From a virus: DNA of 28,059 bases. The notes under the pieces are model-generated. The model searched no databases. It had not been told where the DNA came from and saw only the letters and a list, made by a program, of their open reading frames with translations. Numbering within the stretch: position 1 is the first letter of the stretch; the number at the start of each line of letters is the position of its first letter. Below, piece after piece: positions 1 through 10,900 of the stretch. A program made the position numbers and the translations under genes. Location: IMG/VR virus record IMGVR_UViG_3300045988_141296, positions 1 through 28,059 of that record; one strand, written 5' to 3'.

Positions 1-96
1 GACTCTGTAATGTGGCATAATCCTGGAAGTTCAGAAGTATCTGAATTATATGAACAGTATTGTGATGTAACCTTAAAAATTCATAATGTAAGATAA
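1..96 (+). CDS. 3' end of an upstream hypothetical protein (partial)
   Basis: Frame 1 is open from the window edge to TAA 94-96 (DSVMWHNPGSSEVSELYEQYCDVTLKIHNVR*). The stop overlaps the next ATG (TAATG). Confidence 0.35.
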   Translation, partial: DSVMWHNPGSSEVSELYEQYCDVTLKIHNVR

Positions 97-533
97 TGAA
101 AACAGATATAAGAAGTTTAGTCTTTATAAAGAATCTATTTAAAGATAAATATAATATAGAAATAGAATGATGTAAAGACGATTATTCCAGATATGATGGA
201 ACATTTACTTGAAATAATATAGACTATATAATTGAAGTTAAAAGGAGAAGATTTAAATCCGATAAATATCCAACTACAATTATAAATAGGGATAAGTTTG
301 ATATACTTAGTAAATGTAACTCTATATTAGTCATTATATTTGATGATGGAGTTTATATTTATAAAGATGTAAAAAGAGCTTTTATTAAAGATTCAATGAA
401 ATATGGAAGAAGTACAACTGATTTTGGAGGAGAATATAAATACTCTTTAAAAACAGAGTTATCTTTAAAGAAAGCAATTAAATTAGAAATAGACACAACT
501 TTTAGTAATTATATAAGAAATGACGACATATAA
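96..533 (+). CDS. Putative PD-(D/E)XK-like nuclease (145 aa), visible only with TGA=Trp
   Basis: ATG 96 to TAA 531-533, with in-frame TGA at 168 and 210 (..IEIE-W-CKDD.., ..GTFT-W-NNID..). YDGTF...DYIIEVKRRR resembles the D...E-x-K core of PD-(D/E)XK nucleases. Absent from the standard-code ORF track. Confidence 0.5.
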
Positions 534-1011
534 GGCAATACCTGGATATGAAAACTATTTAATAGGAACTGACGGTTCGGTCTGGAGTACTAGAACCTCA
601 GTTCCGAAAAATATCAAACCTCAACTCCAAAATAGTGGATATTATTATGTTACTTTATATAATCAGTTTGGGCAAAAGAAATATCTAATACATAGACTAG
701 TGGCAGAAGTTTTCATAGGTAAAAGTGACTTATGTATTAACCATAAGGATGAAAATAAGCTAAATAATAACTTAGATAATTTAGAGTACTGTACTTATGA
801 ATATAACAATAATTATGGCAGTCATAATATTAAAGTAGGAATTTCTCATAAGAAAGCAATTAGACAGCTATCATTAGATGGAAGTTTGATTAAGAGATGA
901 GATTCCGCAATAGATGCTGAACGGGGACTTAATATACAATCCAGAAACATTGTAAAAGTTCTTAAAGGTCAGCGAAAAACAGCTGGAGGGTTTATTTGGG
1001 AATATGAATAA
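520..1011 (+). CDS. HNH homing endonuclease (NUMOD4 / HNH_3-like), 163 aa
   Basis: Track ORF 520-900 continues through TGA 898 to TAA 1009-1011 (..LIKR-W-DSAIDAERGL..RKTAGGFIWEYE*). Motifs: IPGYENYLIGTDGSVWS and HRLVAEVFIG..INHKDENKLNNNLDNLEYCT..YNNNYG. Confidence 0.85.
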
Positions 1012-1312
1012 CAATGAAATAATAGAGAAATACTATCCGTTTATTATGGAGTTAAAAGAAAAATTTGGTGCAGATGACGATTGCACACAAATGGTCTGCA
1101 TTGCACTTCTGGAAACATCTAATTCCAAGCTTCAGTCATTAGATAGTAAGAATGAGCTGAAGTATTGGATTACAAGAGTATTTAAGAATAATTGGTTTTC
1201 TAAGAATAGTAGATACTATTACCAATATAAAAAGTACTATGAAATATTTAAAGAGCCATTAGAACAACAAACGGATAATTTAGAGGATTGGTTAAATGAA
1301 GCAGAAGATTAA
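1004..1312 (+). CDS. Sigma-70/ECF-like sigma factor, region-2 half (102 aa)
   Basis: DDDCTQMVCIALLET...ELKYWITRVFKNNWFSKNSRY matches the sigma region 2 pattern (acidic D-x-x-Q, then W-h-x-R-h-x-x-N-x-x-x-x-x-x-R). Ends TAA 1310-1312. No region 4 in this ORF. Trp is encoded only by TGG. Confidence 0.55.
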   Translation: MNNNEIIEKYYPFIMELKEKFGADDDCTQMVCIALLETSNSKLQSLDSKNELKYWITRVFKNNWFSKNSRYYYQYKKYYEIFKEPLEQQTDNLEDWLNEAED

Positions 1313-1550
1313 TATTGATGATTTATTAATTGAGTATAACTTTGAAATAGATACCTTTACAGAGATGGATGATAGATTACTTGCAATTTATCCTAAATGA
1401 GAGGCATTAAATAGAGCAGATAAGACTATAATTATCTTATATGCTGAATATCGAAGTTATAGAGAAGTTGGGAAGATTCTGGGAATTAGTCATACTACCA
1501 TAGCAAGGTGTATAAGTAATATTAGAAATAAAATATGTGGAAGGATATAG
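1296..1550 (+). CDS. Sigma factor region-4-like HTH protein (84 aa)
   Basis: ATG 1296 (17-nt overlap with the previous ORF, +1 frame) to TAG 1548-1550, with TGA 1398 read as Trp (..IYPK-W-EALNR..). ADKTIIILYAEYRSYREVGKILGISHTTIARCISNIRNKI is a typical sigma region 4.2 helix-turn-helix. Confidence 0.6.
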
Positions 1551-2020
1551 CTAATTATGAAGGTCTTTATAAAGTAAATAATATCGGAGAAGTTTATAGT
1601 ATAAGGACAAATAAATTTATTAAACCTACTATTAGAAATAACTACTTAGCAGTAGGACTATGAAAAAATGGAAAAGTTAAAATGAAGTCTATACATAGAT
1701 TAGTAGCTGAAACATTTATACCAAATATATATAATTTACCAGAAGTAAACCATATTGACGAAAATAAGTTAAACAATAGAGTTGAAAATCTAGAATGATG
1801 TACTAGGAAATATAATACAAATTATGGAACTAGAAATAAAAAGATTTCTTCTTACCTTTCAAAACCTGTAGCTCAATATGATCTTAACGGAACTCTAGTT
1901 AAAAAGTATAATTCTATTAAAGAAGCTGCGGAAGCTTTAGGTAAGTGTGATTATTCAATTCGAGCTTGTTTATATGGCAAATATAAAACAGGTTATAATT
2001 ATGTATGAAGATTATGTTAG
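1535..2020 (+). CDS. HNH homing endonuclease (NUMOD4 / HNH_3-like), 161 aa
   Basis: ATG 1535 to TAG 2018-2020, with in-frame TGA at 1661, 1796 and 2006. Motifs: WKDIANYEGLYKVNNIGEVYS and HRLVAETFIPN..VNHIDENKLNNRVENLE-W-CTRKYNTNYG. TGA 1796 sits at the conserved Trp of the NLEW motif. Not in the standard-code track. Confidence 0.85.
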
Positions 2021-2343
2021 AATTATTTATAATAGCAGTAATAATAGTCTTTATAATTGATTTATCTGGGGCTTTGGATAGTTTTAAACACAGTATTTGA
2101 AAAAGACTATTTAAAGGTATACCTTATAAAGAAGATTGAAGACTAAAACCTTTAGATTGCAGTTTATGTATGACTTGGTGAATTGGATTAATATATATTC
2201 TTATTACAAGTCAATTTTCAATTTTAATGGTTGGATATATTGCACTATTAGCATTTATGACTCCAATTATTAAAGATATTATGATATTATTAAAAGATGC
2301 ATCTACTAAGCTGATAGATGTTATATACAAACTTATTAATTAA
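2005..2343 (+). CDS. Small membrane protein (112 aa, about 3 TM), DUF1360-like C-x-x-C/W motif
   Basis: ATG 2005 to TAA 2341-2343, with TGA at 2098, 2137 and 2179. Hydrophobic stretches LELFIIAVIIVFIIDL, WWIGLIYILI and MVGYIALLAFM. PLDCSLCMTW-W-IGL, where the second Trp is TGA. Confidence 0.55.
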
Positions 2344-2432
2344 AAATTATATTTTATGGAAACAGAAGTTATTTATCACTACAAGAATGGAAAGTTAATT
2401 TCTATATTTACTTATACTAAAAAGTGCTAATT

Positions 2433-2768
2433 ATGAAACAATTAACAGAAGAGCAGTTTAAATATTTAAGAGGATTTGAAGATAGATTTGTAACTGCAAC
2501 TAAGTCTAATTATTGCAGAAATGTACAAAAGCAGGATGTAATTAAGCTTAAAGAGATTTATGAATGTTTAATTGAACAAGAATATAGAATGAGCGTAGCT
2601 TGTGCTACTTGTATACTTAATCTTATAAAGAGGATTGCCCCAATCTATTTTGAATATCAAGAAAAACTAAAGGAAAATGAAAGTAAAGAATCAGGAACTG
2701 CCGAAGAAAACAGGGAGACCGAAAAAGGCAGAGGTAGAAAAGGAACAAATAGACGAAGTAAAGACTAA
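2433..2768 (+). CDS. Hypothetical protein with C-x-x-C and a basic/acidic tail
   Basis: The track ORF starts at GTG 2424; ATG 2433 (MKQLTEEQFKYLRGF..) is preferred. Ends TAA 2766-2768. The last 92 nt overlap the next gene. Confidence 0.5.
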   Translation: MKQLTEEQFKYLRGFEDRFVTATKSNYCRNVQKQDVIKLKEIYECLIEQEYRMSVACATCILNLIKRIAPIYFEYQEKLKENESKESGTAEENRETEKGRGRKGTNRRSKD

Positions 2769-3129
2769 ATATCTTTATGCTGCAAGGTTATTTAACAAAG
2801 GATGGTCAAGAAATAAAGTAAGTGAAGAACTCCAAAGTAAATATAATGTAAGCCAATCAACAGCTGCAAGATATATTGGAGAAGCTTATAAGATAATTGC
2901 TGAAAAGAATGATAACCTTATAAAAAACCTTAGACATATACAATTATCAAGATTGGAATCATTACTGGATACTGCTATTAGTAAAGGAGATATTAGAGCT
3001 GCAAATGAGATTATTAAGACTATAAATAGTATGTTTGGATTAAATCAACCTGAGACTATTGTAGCTATTCAGAATAATGAAGTCCAGTTTAAATTTGGAG
3101 ATCCAATTAACAATGACAAAAATATATAA
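2677..3129 (+). CDS. Putative small terminase subunit / HTH DNA-binding protein
   Basis: Lies directly upstream of TerL and overlaps it. N-terminal KKTGRPKK basic motif and HTH-like NVSQSTAARYIGEAYKII. Its frame is closed by TAA 2668-2670, so ATG 2677 is the first possible start. Confidence 0.45.
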   Translation: MKVKNQELPKKTGRPKKAEVEKEQIDEVKTKYLYAARLFNKGWSRNKVSEELQSKYNVSQSTAARYIGEAYKIIAEKNDNLIKNLRHIQLSRLESLLDTAISKGDIRAANEIIKTINSMFGLNQPETIVAIQNNEVQFKFGDPINNDKNI

Positions 3130-4360
3130 AGGATATAGTCCATTTATCTATCAATTAAAGGTACATACTGCTTTAGAGCACTCTTATAGGTCTGGAAAAA
3201 TATTTACTGTAAAAGCAAAGAGACAATGTGGTAAATCCTTTATGGCAGAAAATGAACTATTACGATTTTCAATTAACTATCCTGGAAGTATTAGCTGTAT
3301 TGTTGAACCAACTCTTACTAACTCCAGAAAGATATTTAAAGAGTTAGTAAAGGCATTAGATGGCACAGATATTATTAAGAAAAAGAATGAATCTTTGCTT
3401 GAGATTGAATTTACTAATGGGAGTGAAATACTATTTAAATCTGCTGAGCAAAAAGATTCATTACGAGGATTTACAGTTAGTGGAATATTAGTAATTGACG
3501 AAGCTGCTTATATATCAGATGAAGTATACGAAATTTTAACACCTATCGCTGATGTATGAAATGCTCCAATACTTATAATTAGTACTCCAAGGTTTAGAGA
3601 AGGATTCTTTTATGAATGCTTTAAAAAGGGCTTTGATGGTAATTTTAGTAAATATTATCAATCCTTTGATTGAGCATTAGAAGATACTTCTATGCTGTTA
3701 AGTGAGGATAAACTTGAAATGTATCGCCTTACAACCTCCAAAAATAAATTTAGAACTGAATATCTTGGGGAGTTTGCAGATGATGATGGTTGTCTCTTTA
3801 ATAATATAGCTAACTGCATAATTGATAAAAAACCTGAATATCATAATCTTTATATTGGAGTTGACTGGGCTACTGGTTCTGGTAAAGACTATACTTGTAT
3901 TACAGCTTTAAATGAAAATGGGCAGATGGTCTTTATAAAGTATTTTAACGACAAAACTCCAACAGAACAAGTTGATTTACTGACAAATATATTTACTGAG
4001 TATCAAGGATTTATAAAGATAGTTCAAGTCGAACAAAACTCAATAGGTTCAGTGTTTTATGATATTCTTGTAAAAAGGAATCCTAAATTACGGATAGTTA
4101 AGTTTTTAACTACTAATAAGTCTAAAGCAGCTATTGTAAATAAGCTACAAGCTGCATTAGAAAACGAAAAGATTGGTATTTTAAAGGATGATAAACTATT
4201 AAATGAATTAAGACTATATGAAGCCAGTTATAATCCAAAGACTGGAAATGTATCATATAATGCTCCATCTGGCTTTAATGATGATACTTGTATATCTTTA
4301 ATGTTAGCTTATGATGCTTTAAATACAAATAAAGGAACTTATAATATTGCAATTAAATAA
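3113..4360 (+). CDS. terL: Terminase large subunit (415 aa)
   Basis: Track ORFs 3077-3559 and 3692-4360 are in one frame, joined through TGA 3557 and TGA 3671 (..PIADV-W-NAPILIISTP.., ..QSFD-W-ALED..). Walker A KAKRQCGKSF, Walker B ILVIDEAAY, C-terminal nuclease-like GVDWATGSGKDYT...FNDDTCISL. Start chosen at ATG 3113. Confidence 0.9.
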
Positions 4361-5162
4361 TGAATATAGCAACTAAATGGGAAGACGTAAGTCTTAAACA
4401 ATATGAAGCTCTAATGGAGTTTATAAACAGTAATGCAAAGATGACTGATTTAGATAGAAGTATTGAGATATGTGCATTACTTTCAGATGATCCAGATAAA
4501 ACAAGAGATGCTCTTTTGAGTATGGGATTAGATGAATTAGCTACAGAACTTAGTAAAGTTCAATTTATAATCAATAAATACAAAGCTAAGGCTCCAGAAA
4601 CTGAATATACTATTGCTGGAGATAAATATACTGTACAATTAAATATTAGGCAGATGACTGCTGCTCAATATATAGATTTTCAGAACTTTTATAAAGACTA
4701 TCAAAAGAATTTTAAATATATCTTTTTATGCTTCTTAATTCCAAAAGGTAAGAAATATAATGAAGGCTATGATTTAATTGAACTGGCAGATAAGTTATAT
4801 GATAAAATTCCAATTACTGTCATAAATGACATTATGGTTTTTTTTTGCAATCTATTAGCCGCATTAACGGTCAGTACCCTAATCTCTTCAATAAGGGAGA
4901 TGAAGAAGATGCTGAAGAAGGAGAAAGATCCAGTGAAGAAGTATCAATTAAGGAAGATGATCGTTCAGTCTCGGAAAACAGTGAGTTTGGTGCAAAATGG
5001 AACTGGGTTTGTTGAATAGACAGAGTTAGTGAAGTTACAAGATTAAATTGGCATCAAGTCTATGATATGTATATTCAAGAGTTTCTTAATATTATATGTT
5101 ATCTAATAGATAAAGGAAATGAAGAAAAAAGACAAATAGAAGAGTGAAAGAGGAGACACTAA
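4360..5162 (+). CDS. Hypothetical protein with two C-terminal reading options; long form about 267 aa by a -1 shift in a T9 run, join(4360..4845,4845..5162)
   Basis: Frame A (track ORF 4360-5019) ends at TAG 5017. The -1 frame is open 4806-5162 with no start codon before about 5063. It encodes ..FFLQSISRINGQYPNLF..SEFGAKWNWVC-W-IDRVSEVTRLNWHQVYDMYIQEFLNIICYLIDKGNEE..E-W-KRRH*, with TGA=Trp at 5013 and 5145. The T9 run at 4838-4846 is a U_UUU_UUU-type slippery site. Confidence 0.55.
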
Positions 5163-5163
5163 C

Positions 5164-5213
5164 TGTAACCTTTTTACTCATATTTGGTACTAAGATAATA
5201 TAAAAAAGTTACA
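5164..5213 (-). repeat. 50-nt palindromic module-boundary element, copy 1 (inverted relative to copies 2 and 3)
   Basis: TGTAACCTTTTTACTCATATTTGGTACTAAGATAATATAAAAAAGTTACA. Its reverse complement shares the first 14 nt and last 22 nt exactly with copy 2 (13756-13805). The arms pair as an approximately 13-bp stem. Starts 2 nt after the stop at 5162. Confidence 0.7.
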
Positions 5214-5240
5214 AGGGAGTAAAAATCTCCCTTGCTTTTT
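5212..5240 (+). terminator. Rho-independent terminator
   Basis: Stem CAAGGGAG (5212-5219) / CTCCCTTG (5227-5234), loop TAAAAAT, then CTTTTT. Confidence 0.7.
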
Positions 5241-5264
5241 GTATAGCTACTAATATTCAGAACA

Positions 5265-5280
5265 ATATATTTTATAAAAA
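5265..5280 (+). promoter_or_regulatory. Candidate promoter / leader motif ATATATTTTATAAAAA
   Basis: Resembles the motif found upstream of 17241 and 22941, and the Bacteroidota -7 TAnnTTTG consensus. Lies between a terminator and the ATG at 5281. Confidence 0.25.
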
Positions 5281-5760
5281 ATGACAAGTCAAGATTTAAA
5301 ATTCCCTAATCTTGAAGGAGTACTAAGACAATATGGAAGTCAATTGATTTCAATATATAGACAGAAGTTATTACAGAATAATGCTGATGATACAGGTACA
5401 TTAGGTAATACTTTAAACTACATTGTTGAGGATCAAGATGGAATTTATGAAGTCAGCTTACAAATTCAAGATTACTGAAAGTATTTGGAAGAAGGTAGAT
5501 CTCCAGGTAAATTTCCACCTATTAGTGAAATAAAGAATTGGATAAGAACTAAACCTGTATTACCAAGACCTTATGGAGGTAAACTTCCATCTACAGATCA
5601 ACTTGCATACTTAGTTGCAAGAAAGATTCATTTACAAGGAACACAAGGAAAGCGTATATTAGAAGAATCTTTAGATGAGCTTTCGGCTGTTGCATTGTTA
5701 GATGATGCAATTACAAAAGATTTAGAAACGCAAGTTAATAATGTATTTAAAGACTTTTAA
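5281..5760 (+). CDS. Virion morphogenesis protein, possibly HK97 gp10-like tail-completion type (159 aa)
   Basis: Track ORFs 5281-5478 and 5485-5760 share one frame, joined through TGA 5476 (..LQIQDY-W-KYLEEGRSPGKFPP..KNWIRTKP..). The Y-W-x-Y-x-E-x-G pattern is typical of this morphogenesis family. The family assignment is weak. Confidence 0.55.
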
Positions 5761-5762
5761 AA

Positions 5763-7967
5763 ATGACATTTATACCAAGTAAATTAGGAATACCAAGAAG
5801 TACAGGAACATATCCTGTTAAATGGGAAAATCCAGGATGGGGTCTTACAGGAGTATATGATTATTGGCTATGAGGAGATGACTATTCAGAAGAGGGTCCA
5901 TTAGATGTTACTATTTCTAATGCAAGTACAAGTGGTTGTACTATTAACTTTACAAATCCCTCAACTATTACAACAGACTCTTCTACAATATTTAGATTTT
6001 ATCCAAAAGGACTGACTACTGCTCAATTAGAAGATACTATGCCAGTTTATCTTCATAGTCAAGCTCCTGGATTCTATCCTGCTAATAGTAGTATAACAGT
6101 ACCCAATACTGGAGGTACTTATACTGTTGAATATATATTAAGTAGAGCAGATATTATTAAATGAACTTGTGATGTAGTAAATGCTACTGCTTTAGTAAGT
6201 GTTGAGGTATTAGAATGAGATTCCTGCTCTATTAAGTTTAAGATTACAGTAAATGCTAATACTCAATGGAATACTAATCTTACTGGAACTATTCAATTAG
6301 GAGCTTATTATGATACTAATAAGTTTATTTCTTATAGTTATGGCTTTAAAATTGAAAAAAGCAATACTCCAGAAGATTTAAAGTTAGTAGTAACTCCTTC
6401 ATCTGGAACTTATGGCGCTGGTCCAGGTGTTACTGATAGATTTATGTGCACTCTAACAAGTACTGAGGAAGAGATAACAGAGTTATCTGTAACTTGTCCA
6501 GGATCTTCAAATATTATGGTTGATAAAGTTAATAAATACTTTGTTATTACTTTTCCTGATAATGCTACAACTAGTATTAAAAACTATGCTGCATTAGTTA
6601 CTGCAATAACCTCTGGTGGATATACATTAAATGCTACAGTTCCAATTACTAAGTTAGCTACTTCTTTATCTTTAAAGTCCAGTGTTAGTATTGGATATAC
6701 AGCAGGAAGATATAAGATAGACGGTACAGGTTCTGATAATTTAGATGATGTAGTATTTGCAATTCCAGCAGATGCTCAGACTTGGTTAAGTAAAATGGAG
6801 TTAGTAATAGAAAGAGGAACTCCAGGAGGTATGAATATTGTAAGTATTAATTTTGATGCTACAGAAAATACAGGTAATGCTTCAAGAAAAGCAACAGTTG
6901 GAGTTACAGTAGTAAAAAATGGTTCTAGTGTTATAAATACTTCATTTAATATTGTACAAGAGGTTAAAGCAGATATATCTCCAATATGGAAAGATTATAT
7001 ATGAGAAGAGGAAACTTTAAATGATTTTATAGAATATCATCTTGATTATGCAGGAGATACTATTTATGCTGGTAAAGCTTATAAATATCCTGATGCTACA
7101 GGAGTACAATTTTTACTTAATGATGTATCTGAAGACTTTTTAGATAACGGCATTATATTTCCATCTTTTGGAAAGACAGAAATTATACCTAACTATTTAA
7201 AAACCTTTACATTAATAACTTCAAGCGGTAGTGAAAAGCCTGTAACATTCTTTAATGATTGGTCTTATAAAGATACAGATTTAACTAAGCCTTATTTCTT
7301 AAGTGATCCTATTGACACTTTAGTTGATTCAAGACAGTATGTATTATGTAGTTGGATATTCCCAACTGGTGAAGGTGTGCTTAATAGACGTTATACTACA
7401 CCTGAAGGAGTAGCAACTACTGTAGATATTACATTAAGACAAGGAATTAATGGTTATACTTATGCAGAACCTTTAGGTAATTTACTTTTGGAATGCAAGA
7501 GTAAATATGAAATAGGATTTGTTGAATCTGGCTCTTTTACTACAACTATTAATTATCAGATTGATACTACTAATAAGAATTACGTATTATATTATACTAA
7601 TGCTTATGGAGGATGGGATAGTTTATTAGTACAAGGTAATGTTAAACAAACGGATCAAATTGAATCTCAGACTTATGTAAGAAAGGTATTAAATACCACT
7701 TCTCAGTTTAGTAAAAATAAGTATTTAAACACTATAGTTCCAGAATGGACTTTATATACTAATTATCTTACAGATACTCAAGCATCAAAGATGCACCATC
7801 TATTAGAATCTACTATGGTATATTTACATAATCTGGAGGATAATAAGATTATTCCTGTAATAATTACTAATAATAGTTGTGAGTATAAGACATATAGTAA
7901 TCAGGGTAAAAATATGTTTTATTATACTATAGAAGTACAAAGTTCTCAAGATAAATATAGAAAATAA
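5763..7967 (+). CDS. Large tail/baseplate structural protein with Ig/BACON-like repeats (734 aa), Dit-like position
   Basis: ATG 5763 to TAA 7965-7967, in the same frame as track ORFs 6444-7004 and 7377-7967. In-frame TGA at 5871, 6162, 6216 and 7002. BACON-like strings: VPNTGGTYTVEYILSRADIIK-W-TCDVV and NTGNASRKATVGVTVVKNG. Confidence 0.7.
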
Positions 7968-7968
7968 A

Positions 7969-10900
7969 ATGAGAAAGAATATAAAACTATTTATTGCAAA
8001 TAAAGAGGTTGACTGTAGTGAGGGAATTAGTCTTCCTATAACTTATACAGTTGAGGATTTCCAAAACCCCACTATAGTCAAGAACTCGTTTAGTAAGACG
8101 ATTTCTATACCTGGCACAAAGAATAATAATAAGATATTTGGAGAAATCTATAAATTAGATAGATTACAACATATTGAAGACGGTCAGTTTAGCGGTATTA
8201 ATTTCAATCCTTCAAAACGAGTTGATTTTGGAATCTATGATAATGGAGATTTAATAGAATCTGGTTATATGCAATTAAATACCATACAAATTAAACAGAA
8301 GGTCATTACATATAACATTACTTTATATGGAGGCTTAGGAGATTTCTTCTATGGGCTTAAATATAAAGAAGATGGATCATTAAGAACTCTTGCTGATTTA
8401 CAATACTTTATTACAGATGAGGAAGGTAATGTTTTACCTGCTGATACTGAAATGGATTTTTATATTAATAAAGATTTTGTAAATAAATCATTTAATAATT
8501 ATTGGAATAGCGACTTTACTACATTAGATAGCTTTGTTGGATTTATTCCTGCATATAATGGTTTATATGAGAATTTTGACAATGAAACTTGTTTAATAAA
8601 TACAGCAGGAGACACTCTATTTCCCAAATCTGCAAGCGATGGAGGAACAACATATACTCCATATAATGGTTATGCTTTAGCACAATTAAATAGAGCTTAT
8701 ACAGAATGGGAAATAAGAGACTTACGCAGTTATATGCAAAGACCAGTGTTAAAACTTTCTAAGCTTATAGAAACTATTTGTAGAAAAGAGAATTCTGGAT
8801 ATGATGTAATATTTGATGATTACTTCTTTAATTATGCAAATCCTTATTGGAGCAAATCATTTGTAGCTCTTCCCTTGCTTGGAAGTAGTGAAGATGAAGA
8901 ATCAGATTCTATTAAAGAGAACGCAAAGCTTATTAAATATGGAGCAGATAACTGGTGGGTAGGATTAAAACCTGGAGGAACAACAACTTCATATAATTGA
9001 GGATATACTTCTGTTGATGGCAGCGAGGTAATAGTTCCTGGAGAAGGAAATATTATTGATTTATCTGCAACACCTGCTAATACTTTAGTAAATATCTCAA
9101 TGGATTTTCAGGTGTTCTTCAATGCTAATGCTAGTTCCTCTGCAAATAATCTTTATTTATCCTATGTACGCAATGGAAAAATGGGAAATACTGAGTATCA
9201 TAATGATCCGTATAGAACATCTTTAACTGTTCAGATACTTGTATATAATGCCGATGATGAATCTGTTCCATCTAAACCTATAGCATATTCTCCATTGTAT
9301 AATTTTACAAATAAGATTAATACTCAAGTTCAAGCTGGACCATCTACTTGGTTTAATTATTATCCTCTTACTGATGCTCCTGTTGAGGCTATTTATGGCC
9401 ATTTTGTTAAAGATAGTGGGCAGAGGTACTATTTTAAAAGTGATACGGGAAGCAATACCTTTAGATTTGTGGTTAAAGATATGCCAAAAGTAAATAAGAT
9501 AAGGGTGTCAATTCAATTTGCCAGAAGAACAGAAAGTCTCTATAATCAAGATGCTTTATGGATTTCAGATAATATGAACCCAAATAATGTTACTGCATCA
9601 AGAGTAGCAGGATGATCTGAATTTTTATATGATTCAGATCAATATACATTAATTGCAAGTTGGCCATCGGCTGTAACATCTGATGCTCTTATTACTAAGC
9701 AGAAGCTTTTAAAGACAGAATCTACACCTGCAGATTATTTACTTAGCTATGCTAAAATGTTTGGATTATATTTTATTAAAGATATAGATTCCAAAACTAT
9801 TAGAATATTTACCAGAAACAACTTCTTTAAAAATAAGATAACAGATTGGTCTAAACGAATTGATTATTCAAAAGATTTTTCAGTTAATCCATTATTATTT
9901 GATAAGAAGTGATATACTATGAAACAAGAAGCTCCTGAGACGTATTATGCAAAGAAATATAATAAACAGTATGATATAACTTATGGGCAACAGAGATTAG
10001 ATACAGGATATAATTTTAATAGTGATAATACAGATTTATACTCAGATAACTTATATGAAAATGTAATATCTGCAAGAGATGTAGATAAGTATTATAGAAA
10101 CTATTTTAATAGTTCAAGTTCGCCCGTTCCCTGCTTCCTAAATGATAATATTACTTATCAATTATTCCATTCTACATCTACTGAAAGAAAAACAAACGAT
10201 CAGGATCTTTATGGAGTAAATTTCATTGATTCATCTAAGACTACAGAGTGGTGGGATGTTCCTGGTAATGATATATTTGCAAAGACTTGTTTCTATTCAT
10301 TAGATAATGATGAGCAAAGTTTAGAAGAAATTAAATCGACATTACTATTTTATAACGGCAATGTAGAGATGAAAGATATTGATGGCAATCCTATTACGTA
10401 TTGGATTACTGATGATGTTACAGAAATGTCTGTATTAAATGATTCTGAACCTTGCTATTTATATACTACTAGAGAAACTAATGAAGCTGGTGCTAAGATT
10501 GCAATTAAAAGAACTTCTTTACCACAATTCATAAGATATAATATATCAAGTAATTATGTAATATCTAGTTGGGATTTTGGATTACCAAGAGAAATTTATA
10601 TAGATAAAATTGCATATCCAGAACAAAGTGTTATTTATTCTCAATTCTGGAAAGAGTTCTATACTGATCAGTTTGATGTTAATACTAAGAAAGTTACTTG
10701 TTTTGTAAAATTAAATGATTTACAAGTAAACTTTGATATGTTAAGACAATTTTATTATTTTGAAGATAGTTATTGGGTATTAAATAAAATAGATGCTTAT
10801 GATGTTAATTCTGATGCAACTACCAGATGTGAATTTATAAGAGTTCAAGACATCAATAATTATATAGGAGGAGTATCTACTTTAGGTAAATACATAGAAG

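Noticed and set aside
2356-2430. A 24-codon ORF (METEVIYHYKNGKLISIFTYTKKC*) in the gap between 2343 and 2433.
   Set aside because: It is too short and featureless to support as a gene from sequence alone. It may be real, since it fills the gap exactly, but I cannot substantiate it.
3077-3112. N-terminal extensions suggested by the ORF track: 3077 for TerL, 23263 for portal, 21197 for the HNH gene and GTG 2424.
   Set aside because: The extensions overlap the upstream genes extensively and translate to low-complexity sequence. Internal ATGs (3113, 23320, 21275, 2433) give short overlaps like those elsewhere in the window. The exact starts remain unverified.
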